DNA from: Octopus bimaculoides
Lineage: Eukaryota
Assembly: GCF_001194135.2 (NCBI RefSeq)
Contig: NC_068988.1
Span: 72,742,413 to 72,806,412, forward strand
Reading direction: 5' to 3'
Length of the DNA stretch: 64,000 nt
Shown: piece by piece, positions 1 through 11,620 of the stretch
How the letters are laid out: each line of letters opens with the position of its first letter
Numbering within the stretch: position 1 is the first letter of the stretch
The notes under the pieces: generated by a model
The model's input: the letters and a program-made list of their open reading frames with translations, nothing else
What the model was told of the DNA's origin: nothing
The model's database searches: none
Made by a program: the position numbers and the translations under genes

Positions 1-29
1 CAGGAGCCCCAAATTTCCCAACCTCTGCC
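1..29 (-). CDS. Putative internal exon (truncated by window edge) of a minus-strand gene
   Basis: Strong minus-strand acceptor tttttttcttttctttctttacag|GGCAGAGGTTGGGAAATTTGGGGCTCCTG; all three frames are open, so the product is not identifiable. Confidence 0.5.
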
Positions 30-135
30 CTGTAAAGAAAGAAAAGAAAAAAATTACATTGTTTTTTACAATGAAGCAAATACCAAACTATTAAATGAAA
101 TCCCTTGTTGGGATAAGACAATATATGTGAACATG

Positions 136-690
136 TATCTTTGAGTCATTTGACTGTGGCCATGCTGGAGCACCGCCTTTAGTCGAGCAAATCAACCCCA
201 GGACTTATTCTTTGTAAGCCTAGTATTTATTCTATCGGTCAGTTTTGCCGAACCACTAGGTTACGGGGACGTAAACACACCAGTATCGGTTGTCAAGCGA
301 TGTTGGGAGGACAAACACAGACACACACTATATACATCTTTTCTCTTTTACTTGTTTCAGTCATAGGACTGCAGCCATACTGGGGCATTGCCATGAAGGA
401 GTTACTCAAGCAAACCAACCCCAGTACTTATTTCATCGGTTTCTTTTTACAGGAATGTAAACAAACCAACACCAGTTCTCAAGCATTGGGGTGATAAATA
501 CAAACATAAAGACACACATGCACACACACACTCAAAACGGGCTTCTTTCAGTTTCTGTCTATCAATTTCACTCACAAGGCTTTGGTTAGCCCAAGTTATA
601 GTAGAAGACACCCAAGATGTCATGCAGTGAAACTGAACCTGGAACCATGTGGTTGGGAAGGAAATTTCTTATCACATACCTGCACCTATA
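136..690 (-). mobile_element. Two tandem copies of tRNA-derived SINE family 1 (3' half at 136-335; older near-complete copy at 338-690)
   Basis: Reverse complement matches the SINE copies at 18286-18660 and 49349-49735. Confidence 0.85.
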
Positions 691-709
691 CATACATACA
701 TACATAAAC

Positions 710-1105
710 ACAGATGAAATTGACTATATTGAGACCAATGGATCAAAAGAATTATGGTAAAACTTAGAAATTAAAACAGCCACCAAGTTAAAACCAACCA
801 ACCAGATGTTGTATGGGGCTGCAAGGAAAAGGTATGTTCTGTTATGAATCAGCTGTCCTCTGGACATCAATGTGGCTAGAAAAATACAAGAGCAAGAAGA
901 CATCTATGGACCATTAATGAAAAGATTGAAAATCTACTACCCAAGATACACTTCCTGCTTCACACCCATTATTATTGGAGCAACAGGATACATACCAACC
1001 CATCTGGAGCAAAGTATAGCTGAACTTGGCTTCTTGGGGAGCAAACACAAATCATGAATTTATACTCTACAAATGATCATGATACCTTCTTGAGGTTTAA
1101 AGGAT
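710..1105 (+). mobile_element. Non-LTR retrotransposon 3' remnant with restriction-like endonuclease (R4/Dong-like)
   Basis: Degenerate frame ELW*NLEIKTAT..NQPDVVW...CPLDINVARKIQEQEDIYGPL..YYPRY..TPIIIGATG fits the PD..D/E..K..KY..PIIIGALG pattern of the RLE domain. Confidence 0.7.
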
Positions 1106-1439
1106 GATGAACAAAGCATGATGCTTTCATTCACAGCTTTGCAACCAAGTGGCAGGTCAAAATTTACTTTAAATTTAAAAAAAGAGAACAAACATACATT
1201 TAATACAACCTCAATTACATATACCGGTGTTGCTTGTTGCTTGTCACTTGAATTGCAGGAAATAAAGAAGTATTTCATTGGCTGCATGAATAATAAGTAA
1301 AGCAAACTCATGACCATTTAACTGAATATTTATTGCTGGACATAAAGATATTTGGTGTTGGTTATTTACAATGAACAACATATATATATTTACTGACTGG
1401 AAGAGAGAGAAAAATTGCACCTCATCCATAGAAGTTATT

Positions 1440-1910
1440 TATGAGACATTGTGAGAATGTTCTGTTTGGTGTCCTAAAACATGGAGTTGTCTGCCCAATT
1501 GTCCATGATAAGAGTAGAGGCACGAGTCACTCAGCTGCCTTCAACACTCTGCAATTAGAAAAGCACCAAACTCGATTTTTATAGCAGACAAGAGGATTTA
1601 TTCTTGAACAATCAAGGAAACCATATCACAATACAGCCTCATTCTGTATGGACCAATCATGTGAATCTATGGTGGTTTGCTTGTGGTGTCTGACCAAGTA
1701 TCTGGTGGTTAGGTTTCAAATCACCACTATACTGGGTTTTTATTCTGCCAGACGGCTATACACAACATCAGTGAATGTTTTGTTTCCCTATACCAGGGGT
1801 GACAAATTTTTGTGGCCGGCTGCCACAGTGTGATATTGCAAAGACCCAGAAAGGCCAAAATGCATCTTGCGTTCTTGTTTGATCTCTGCCAGGATGGATT
1901 TTCATCTCCC
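1440..1910 (-). mobile_element. Possible highly decayed Ty3/gypsy integrase remnant
   Basis: Scattered minus-strand motifs (IHPG..T...FWP, HRFT, EFGAF) only. Confidence 0.25.
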
Positions 1911-2699
1911 CCTAATATCTATTACTTTTAATACAGCACGTCCATAACAGTTGTTATCTTCTACAGATACTACATCAACTATGTATACAATAAGTATGAA
2001 AAATAAATGGCTATTTTAAAGAGATATAATTTTAAATAGAAATGCACTTGCAAGGTAAAGGAGAGATATAAATCTAAGCACTGAATAACTAATTTCAGTG
2101 ACAATGCATATAGAAATAAATAGGTTAATAGGGAATGGAAGAAACGGTTGAAACAGATATAATAAATGAACATACATGTTTCAAAAAAGACTAAGAAAAC
2201 ACATATCATATTTTATCAAGGAGTCTGTGCATGATGGAATGAGTTTTGAAAATCTACATGTCTCTTTCTAAAGCTAACTTCAACCCCGGCTCATTAAATT
2301 GAAGTTTTAAATACAAATGCCCCTCACCTTGCAAATAGTATTGCAGAGTGGCAGACTTCTCATGAAAAGTTGCATAAATGGACCAATTTGCAACTAGCTA
2401 AACATAACCTTTTAGAGTGGACACACACAACAAGGGAGATCTTACCACAATTTCCAGTGGGACGAGCAACTTCACTTGTTATTTTAATTGTTCAACCCAA
2501 TGTCAGCCTTGATTGAAAGATCTATAATCAAAGCATCATATGTGACAGATATTGAAATATAGGGATGAAAAGGAGAAGGATATGTAAAAGCAATGACAGA
2601 ATAATTGTTTCTAATTTAGAAACAAGGCCAGTAACTGGGGGTTGGAGGTAATCAATTACATTGACATCAGCAATATTTTGAACTGAGCGATGGAATATT

Positions 2700-2910
2700 G
2701 ATTTCAAATTTTGGTGCAAGGCCAACAATTTTGGGGGAAGGGGCTTGTCGATTACATCAACCCCAGTGCTCAACTGGTACTTATTTTATCAACCCTGAAA
2801 GGAGTAAAGGTGAAGTCAACTTTGGCAGAATTTGAACTCAGAATGTAAAGATGGACAAAATGCCACTACACATTTTGCCTGGTGTATTAACGATTCTGCC
2901 AGCTTGCCAT
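2700..2910 (-). mobile_element. tRNA-derived SINE family 2 (also 50575-50760 minus, 55690-55850 plus)
   Basis: Shared core (rev. comp.) ttctgagttcaaatt..gactt..cctttcagggttgataaaataagtaccagttgagcactgggg..tgtaatcgac; resembles a conserved central SINE domain (Meta/Nin type, not verified). Confidence 0.8.
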
Positions 2911-3254
2911 CCCTGACAAAATAGTGATGCCTCAAGTGTGAGAAGAAAGCTGTATGAGTGAAGGAAATAAGATAGAAAAGAACGAAAAGAAAGAGATGGA
3001 GAGGAAAAGAAGGTACTGTGAAAGAGCAAGCTAATGGAAAGGGAAAATATGAATCAAAGAGAAAGGAAATTGTAGAAAAAAAGACCGAAATCGAAATAGA
3101 TGTCAATGATGATTGAGAAATAAAGGAAAGAGAGCAATCCTTCGGAGATGGTTTCAGAAAAGTAAAACTATTTGTTTGGCAAGTTCCATAAAACATTTTC
3201 ATTTCTTTAGTTTCTTTTTTAACTTACACATCCATCCATCCATACATACATACA

Positions 3255-4090
3255 ACAAAGCTGAAGATCAGTGAAAGTGAGAATACCGACGTTGAACTAT
3301 TCTGCAGTTACTCTATCCAGATTACAAGTTCAGGTTTATAGCTGTAGTTATTGAGGCTCTAGGATATGCAACACACTGCCTAAATACCAATCTTGAGAAA
3401 TTAGGCTGCTCAAAACCAGAAAGGAGAAAGCTAATTAAAAGACTACAGATCCAATTGATCACTGGAGCTATAAAAATCTGTAAAACTTTCCAGAAGGTTA
3501 TCATTTAGATATGAGCATGTCTAGATATGCATAAGGATACATACATAAAACAAAACATACAAATCTGCACATGTACATACATACATAAATACATACAAAC
3601 AAAAATACCCTGTTGTTGATGTTGAAATTCTAGTAAAGGAGCCTGAGATCTAGGTTAGAGACTATCCTCGGTAATTTTTGGTTATCTCACCCCTATTAAA
3701 ATATTGCCATTAAAAAACTGGGTTATCTCCCCACTAAAAAATTGAGTTTATGTGACGACAAGAGTTTGGATTAAAAGAGATCCTTTTGATTTAGTATTTC
3801 AACACATTGTTGACGTTTGGCCTCCTCAATAGGCATGGTATGATTTGTTATAAAAATATTATCAGATTCAATAAGATGTTTCATCTTTTTCCCCCTTTTT
3901 TTTGTTTTGTTTTATTGAGGGTTAAGCAATTTTTTTACTTGAGGGAGATAATCAAAAGTACTGATATTTCTCATAGGACGTGGGGAGATAACCCCATTTT
4001 TTTAATGGGGGTGAGATAACCAAAAAGTACCACTGGCTCTTTCTCTATTGGCAAGAAATCTTGAAAATTGAACAATGACTACTTGCATAT
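3255..4090 (+). mobile_element. Second RLE-type non-LTR retrotransposon 3' end with 3'UTR and (ATAC)n tail, interrupted by a MITE
   Basis: LQLLYPDYKFRFIAVVIEALGYATHCLNTNLEKLG...LQIQLITGAIKICKTFQK* at 3303-3508. Confidence 0.7.
3670..4031. mobile_element. MITE with about 32-bp terminal inverted repeats
   Basis: ggtaatttttggttatctcacccctattaaaa vs ttttaatgggggtgagataaccaaaaagtacc; internal gggttatctcccca / tggggagataaccc pair. Confidence 0.75.
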
Positions 4091-5279
4091 ATGCATCCAT
4101 CATATATACATACATACATACACAAAAAGTAACAAACTGAGGAAAAGTATTCCTTCAAAGGGTGTGTTCAATTCACAGGCACGTCAGTTGGATACCATAT
4201 AAATATTGGTATAATTCAATTATAAAGTTAAATTAAATATAGTTATACTATTGTCAATCCAATAATTTATTTATATTACAGTATTACATTAAATACTACG
4301 AATATAATGTAACATAATATTATATAACAAACAATTATAAAAACCATAAAAAACCAACAAATTATTTCGACTTATATATATTTTTTCTGATATACAGAAT
4401 TACAGTTCCTTTATATATAAAGTCATTTCGTCTTTTTCTAAACCATGGCCCTTAAGTGATTAAAGGAACTATGATTATGTATATTAGAAAAAATACATAT
4501 AAGTCGAAACAATTTGTTGGCCTTTTATGGTTTTTATAATTACAAAAATATATAAATATGAGCAATTCGTGAAACCATAAAACATGTATATGTATGTATG
4601 TGCATCTATATGTGTGCAAGTGTATGTTGGTGCGTGCAAATGAAAGACAATGAATGTATGAGTGTGTCTGTGTGTGCGCAACCGTGTTTTTTACAATTTA
4701 GCTGCAAAAAATAAACATTAAGGAAAGAAATAAAAATTTTATATGGAAATTGCTGAACAAATAGTTTAACTTTTCTGAAACTATCTCCGAAGGATTGCCG
4801 GAAAGAGAATGGTTAGAATATAGTGAGCGAGAAAAAGGGTGTAACAGAAAAAAAAAAAGAAAAGAAAAACAAAAGTGAGATAATGAGTAAAATGAAAAAT
4901 GTACGTATCTACCGATATGAAAGCTAGCTTTACAAGAATTCCGTTATGACTGTTTTTATTGGTCAAACAAGGCAAGGCGGTATATTTAAATTTTCTTCTC
5001 TTTTAAATACGTCTTGTCATGGCTCTTATATATAGGTAATTTTATTTTCTTATATTTTATTAGGCTTATCTAATGAGCTTATTTCATTCTTCTAGTTTAT
5101 GTTATTTTAATGTTTTAATATGTGTTCTTACATTTGTATTTTATTAATAGATGTTACATTACAATCTTTCTTTAAGTTTGTTTTTGCCGATGACAAAGGT
5201 AGAGAAATAAGAATGTTTTTTTTTTTTCTCTCTTTTTTACTCGAGAAAGATATATTTCTCTTTATTTTAATAAAGTAGT

Positions 5280-5900
5280 TCAAAATGTTTTGGCAGCGTA
5301 GACAGACAGGCCTATAGAGAATAAGCCAACAATAGATCGAGAAAGCTGAAGGGAATGGAATTATGTAAAGTTAAATATTTTAATTAATATGGGTTATTTG
5401 TAGAATTTCTAATATTGATAATGTTCATTTCCCGAATTGTATCGTTGTCTCCCTAACATAATCGTATTTTTTAAAATTCAAAACAAACCTGTCACTAGCT
5501 CGCTCACCGCCATAACTACGTTGAATGTAACACGAACAGTCCTGCTCCACAACTCATTCCGTTCAACTGATGTGGATATTATTCTGGTCTACATTATTGT
5601 AAAGTATATAAGCATAAATTACCGTTCGACCATAATATTTCGATTCTGCATAATTGATTTGATTTTAGCTTTTATGCTACCTCTCGAAGAAACAACGGCG
5701 ATTCATATTTTCTACGTATGAGTTACGCAGAATTTCTTTTAATAAATGTTGCGTCCTTTAAGAAATAAGTATTTAAGCTAATATCTTCCTGACGGAGTTA
5801 GTTTCGAGGCGGCATGAGGTTATTATTTATTCGTTTTTAGGTCAGATACATATATTGTGCTACCGCGTACATTTGAAAACGAACGAAATCCTTGCCATCT
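5280..5900. promoter_or_regulatory. Candidate bidirectional promoter region
   Basis: Visibly more CpG than the flanks. A minus-strand ATG exon starts at 5513. INCENP coding exon 1 has an upstream acceptor, so it needs an upstream non-coding exon. Inference only. Confidence 0.4.
5489..5513 (-). CDS. Putative first coding exon of an unidentified divergent gene (MAVSELVT+G)
   Basis: Minus strand ATGGCGGTGAGCGAGCTAGTGACAG|gtttgt, within the CpG-rich patch. Confidence 0.45.
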
Positions 5901-7172
5901 TTAATATTGACCCAAATAGGGAAGAGTTTTTGTTGTGTTTTTTTTTCCTGCACAAAATTTGACACTAATCTTTGTCATTTTGATAGCAGTTGATAATGGA
6001 TTTTTCTTTGATATATCGGTAGCTGAAAAAACATTCGTTTTATGGAATATACAGTTGTATAAATAACGTATTGAAATATTTGTATAGAATGCACTTTTAG
6101 GGATACTCTTAGGAAATTATGAAAACTGGCCCCTCCATTTATTACCTATTAGATAATAAAGACAATCACTTTATTAATATTTTAACCTCATAGCTAAATG
6201 CTAAATTTTCGTTCCGAAATAAAATTATTTAGGGATTATAGTTGTGTGTTCATGAGCACGATATTTATCAAAATATGTAAGTCTGATAATTCTGAATTAG
6301 TGAAAGCCTTGTAACGATTCAAATTCATCAGTTAACGGCACCACCAAGTTTTTTCGTCACTGAATTAGAAGTAGAAACAAAAATGGGCATACCTACAAAA
6401 GTGTGCCCTCGACTGTGTTTCCTTATAACTTTCAGAATAATGGATATTTTTTTATGAAATATTTCTGCAAATATATTTCAGATGTAGATTTCGATTATAT
6501 AGGGATTTGTTGCGGAAATTTTTTTCTGCGGGTGGAAATCTTTCTAGCACTTAGGTGAGGGAGGTGTGTTCCGAAACACAGAGCCTTTGAATTTTCACAT
6601 ATAGGAAGAAGTGCTTTTACTATTTATATTTACCCCAGCCCACCTATATTTGATTCATCGCTGTTATTCGATAGAATTTTAAATGCCTTAAATATCCAGT
6701 GTAGTGCTTGCATTGGCACATTAAAAAAAAGTAAGCAAGTAATATATTATTTTAGAGTTGACAGATTAGCTTTCTTTTTGCGCCAAATTTCAGGATACTT
6801 TTTTCTTTCTACATTTGGTTAGTTATCTGTTTGACATTGTTGGCTTCTCACGAGCTTTTCTTTTTTCACTCGGGTGCTTATAGAATTTCAATTAGGCTTT
6901 TCATATTCAAATCATATTACCGTCATATATATATAGCACATAAAAATGTCCTTTCAGACAGCAGCCCCATTTCGTCCGACTAAACCTTAAAACAGAAAAC
7001 TCCCATCACTTACACATATCAAAGCCCCAATTCCGTTGTGTTGTAACATTTACACTATAATCTAATATATGTGTAGCTATAACTTTAACATTTGACATTG
7101 CTATCTTTATACTTATTTTTAATGTTGGTGCTCATTATTTAGTGATGTTGGTTGTATAAGTTTTAGGACAGT

Positions 7173-7798
7173 CCTTCGCTTGAACCCGCATTTACATCAA
7201 ACTCGATCTTATGGGATCATCGTTAATTTCCGTAAATTTTTAAAATTTTTTTACTGACCTTTGGAAGGCAACATTTGCTTTGAAAGAGAGGAGAAAGGGA
7301 AAAGTGTGTGTGTGTGAGTGAGTGAAGGTGTGTGTTGTGATGACGAGTGGAAGGCAACATTTGCTTTGAAGTGAGAGAAGAAAGTGGAAGATGTATGGAT
7401 GTGTATGAGAGAGTGAGTGAAAGTGTGTGTTATTGTCTTGTATGTGTAAGTGACACACACTCTCTCTCTCTCTCTCGCATGCACACATACGCACAAAAAT
7501 GATGTATGCATATGTTTTTATGTATGTACGTGTATATGAAAGATAATGTGTGTGTGTGAGAGAGAGAGAGAGTGAGTGCCACTTACACATACATGCAAAA
7601 ATATACATACATGACAACAACACACCTTCACTCACTCTCTCTCTCACGTCCATTTCATACACTCATACACGCATCTTTTAATTTCTGCTCTCACTTCAAA
7701 GCAAATGTCGCCTTCCAAAGGTCAGTAAAGGAATAAAAAGATTTTTACTGAAATTAACGAACAATCGAGTTTGATGCAAATGCGGGTTCAACTGAAGG
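7173..7798. mobile_element. Foldback/MITE-like element with about 110-bp inverted arms and a microsatellite-rich core
   Basis: Arm 7173-7285 (ccttc..gaacccgcatttacatcaaactcgat...actgacctttggaaggcaacatttgctttgaa) is the reverse complement of 7695-7798. Confidence 0.75.
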
Positions 7799-8765
7799 AA
7801 TGCCAGCTATGTTCCCATATGATTGAGTTTGACACAAATGCAGGTTCAACCAAAACAATGCCAATTTTAGTGTTACTGGTGTTGGTAATGGTGATCAGAG
7901 TATAAACACAGCAGGGATGAATACTTAAAAATTTCATTTCACAATCATGAGATTTTGAGCTCAATTCTTCTGTGATGTATCTTGAGTGAGTATCTTTTAC
8001 TACAGCTTTGGATTGATAGAAATTGCAGGGAACCTTGTCAGATGGTTGTACCTGTAATTTAAAGATTCGGTTTTTTCACACATCGTGGCTTGTTGATTCC
8101 ATCCGAGAAATTATGGGTAGATGACTCGGCCATTTACATACTAATTCAGGAACAAGTAGTAAAGTTGATCAAACAACTGAATATTCATTGTTGGAACACA
8201 CAAAGATATAATACTTATTACAATGATAGTAGTTATTGCTGGTTAGTGTTATTGTTTATGGTAGGGAAGGATATATTGACCTAAAGTGCTTATGATCCAT
8301 GGCATTTCAACCATATCTAGGACTGCAATTGTCTCATATGTTCTTTTATGTAAGATTTAAAGTTATGGATGGAATTTTGTTTTTGCTGGTGGTTTAGCAC
8401 TGATTACTGGGTTTTCTTCTCCACTGCTGTAGCTTTCACACACACACATCCACAGAGGTACATTCACAAACATGCCTACACTTACATATACATTCTCTCA
8501 AGAAAATACACACATAATGTGAAAAATATGTTTTCAATGATGTGTTCATGTGTATATAAAGTACATAAAATCTAATTCTGTAGTGCTACAGTCACGTACA
8601 TTGTCTTTTGAGGGGAAATCTTTGGCATTTTGTTACATGCAAGAGTCACAGAAGAGTTCTTCCGTTTTCAGAGAAAAGTTTCAATAAGTTCAAAGAGTGG
8701 GAAAGATATTAAAAAATTGTCCAGAAAGTGTCATCATGGAAAAAGCTTGTTGAATTCGATGATGT

Positions 8766-9740
8766 GTGCAGGAACACCTAACCTTGCTTCATGATATCAA
8801 AGTTGTCATTGCTCATGATGAAGAATGTCATTTGCTGCAGAATGTAGATGGCACAGTCAAGATACAAGTTGTGAAGGAACTTGAATGCAACCATGAAGAA
8901 GCAGACACCAGGCTGTTCTTGCATTGTCAATATGCTGCTGCATCTCTCCCTTCGGCTTCAAGCAGTACACCAGCAATCATTATAAAGTGCCCAGACACTG
9001 ATGTTTTTGTTATTGGCATAGCAAAGGCTCATCAAATTCAGGCCCAGCTACTCTTTCACACTGGTAGAGGCAACAACAAGCATACACTTAATCTAACAGC
9101 TACACAAAATCAACTTGGAGACAGTGTTGCCTTTGCCCTCATTGGCCTTCATTGTTTTACAGGCTGTGACTCAACAAGCTATTTCTGTGGCCGGTCTAAG
9201 AAGAAAGCCTTGAAGCTCATGATTGAATCTGTTGATTTTCAAGCAGCCTTTCAACAATTTGGTGCAACATTCTCTGTAGAAGATGGTCTGCTACACACAG
9301 TGGAGAAATTTGTTTGTAGACTGTATGATCAAGATTGAGTGTCAATACAGCACGGTATAACAAGTTCTTGATGGGCACTAAAGCGGAGATGAACATGCCT
9401 CCCACACATGATGCCATGGTGAAACACTACCAAGCAGGTGTACCTACCAGATGTCTTGAACAGTTTCCCAGTATCCCCAGCCTACACAACCTTGGTGACC
9501 CTTCATATCTTACCACTACACTTAGTAACACTCATATCACACTGTTACATACTCATAGCAATCAAGCTGTGACCACTTGACTCTCACCAGTGACTGCATA
9601 TAATGTACTTCATTCTTTATTGAGAATTTGTGCAATCTACTTATTCAACCATGCCAAACAATTCTATGTAACATATACTGCAGTCAAAACATCCTGATCA
9701 AGTTGAAGCTGCAGTTGTAAAAGGTTGTCAGTGTGCTATA
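8766..9740 (+). mobile_element. Decayed transposon protein fragment with XPG/FEN1-like nuclease domain (Academ/AcademX-like)
   Basis: HEEADTRLFLH, IKCPDTDVFVI, LHCFTGCDSTS (H3TH GCD motif); after a frameshift VNTARY..F...MPPTHDAMVKH; Cys-rich remnant near 9710. Confidence 0.7.
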
Positions 9741-9769
9741 AATAAAGTTGATCATCTTGGTGAAATCAC

Positions 9770-10140
9770 ATGTGATCAAGACTTCTGGCAGTTTTCAGTG
9801 TTTAAGAAGACACGTCAAGCTAAGTAAAATCATGGTTGTCTTTGCATACAGGCTCGTCCCCTACATCCCTCTTCAGCTGAGCAATCCTAATCTTGCAGGC
9901 TCATGGATGCTCATACCATATAAAAAGCACCATTGCCAGTGCCACATGAAGACACCTGTGCCGGTACTGCATAAGTGCACCCAGTATACTCTTTAACATG
10001 GCTGGCATTATAAAGGCATCCAGCTATAGAGACCATGCTCAAACAGACATGGAGCCCAGGCAGCTTTTCAGCTGCCCAGCTCCTGTCAAATCATCCAGCC
10101 CATGCCAGCATGGGAAATGGACATTAAATGATAATGATGA
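9770..10140 (+). mobile_element. RTE-type LINE 3'UTR/tail repeat (also 15480-15825 +, 17740-17900 +, 20745-20950 -, 35100-35290 -, 51810-51925 -)
   Basis: Shared tail ..aagggcatccagct.tagaaac..ccaacccatgc(t/c)agcatggaaa..cgttaaa(t/c)gatgatga, contiguous with an RTE ORF at 33614-33850. Confidence 0.8.
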
Positions 10141-10949
10141 TAGAGTGGGGAGTACATTTGGGCAGGTGACAAAAAACTATATGCTCTTGTTTAATAAAAA
10201 AAAATGTAATTTCACCTACATTACAGACTGATCTCATTAGAGATTTTTGGAAATATGCTATAACTTAAGTGAATCTACAGATGTTTCCACTTGCAAACAC
10301 TTGTACATTTTATTTTTTTAGGTGATCAGAAAAACATAATTTCTACTACCTTTATAAATTTAATTCTAGTGAAAGAAACAACTGGATAAAACCTATTCAA
10401 TTTGATTGAAGAAATAAAAAAAAAAAATGTATCCAGGCTTACAAATTTTGTTGGCTTTTGCATCATATGGTGTTTCAAACATTGGAAGATACAACAATTC
10501 TATGTGGTCTAGGCTAAAAGATGTCTCCTTTCTATGTGCAGCTCAAATTCACTGGCATTATAATCAATATGTTGTGTCAAAGTTGCCCTCAACATAGAAT
10601 TTCAGTTCTCTGAAGTTTCCCACTAGTTTAACCATACTGAAATGAGGAGAAATATATATAACTGTTTAAAGTAATGAATACAGTTACAGAATTTGAACCA
10701 ACATACTTTCCCTTTTGAAAAACCTTCATCTAATTGGTGGCATAAGCACGGTAGTGTTTAATATTTTGATGAATTTGGAAAAGCTTGAGTCTTATTTTAA
10801 TGTAAGTGACCTAACCAAATTAAAGTTTGGTATAAGACTCACAGCAAAGATAAAATAGGAAATGTCAGGCCACTAGTTTCTTTTTTTTTTTAAGTGGCAA
10901 CACTTATTGTACTATAATTGGAAAGATTGATTTTTTTTTCTAACAAATT

Positions 10950-11620
10950 AAAGTTGATCTGGATGATCTGCACAAAAAAATTAGTCTTGCATTCCAAGAG
11001 TCTTAACAGACTGTGTGATAACAATGGTCTGAAAAGATAACTTAATGATGTTGGTTTGTTGATTAAATTCTTAACAGAATGTACAAGTTGCCACAAAAAA
11101 GTAACACTCTTATAGAAATAAAAATGCCAAAGAAAAGTGTTTGACTATACTAGAAGCTCTTAGTCAAGTAAAATGTATACTTCCATTAACCAGAGGTATT
11201 TTTTGAAGATCTGGCGAAATTATGCCCCTACAGTAGCTTTAAATCAAATTTCAAGACCCACATTTTCAGAGCTAAATTTTACTGGAAACAGTTTTAGTAT
11301 TATTGAACAACAGTATAGAAAAATCATTTGTGTTGGTTGTGGGGAAAAAATTCCATTTAAGAAAGAGGGAATTCCAACAGATAAAGAAAAAATCTAGATT
11401 TGTTGTGTACTTCAACACTTTTGCCTTTATATTTTTATCGCACCAATCAGTAATATTGAAGTTGTGAGAATATTTTCACTTGTATCTTCAAAAAACATTA
11501 CTGAGAAATAGAATGCAGCTTAAACTCTTTGATGCTGTTGTGAGAATTAAGGCAGGACTATTGTGCATGAACAAATGTTATTAAGGACTTCATTCCATCT
11601 TAAAAGATATCAGGCAATTT
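10950..11620 (+). mobile_element. Decayed hAT-type transposase C-terminal remnant
   Basis: Frameshifted FIAPISNIEVVRIFSLV / KTLLRNRMQLKLFDAVVRIKAGL resembles the hAT dimerization domain (P.SN..vER.FS....KT..RN). Confidence 0.55.

Noticed and set aside
7240-7662. ORFs rich in H/T/S/L or C/V/E/R
   Set aside because: Translations of microsatellites; the same applies to 47795-48279, 49150-49449 and 37269-37679
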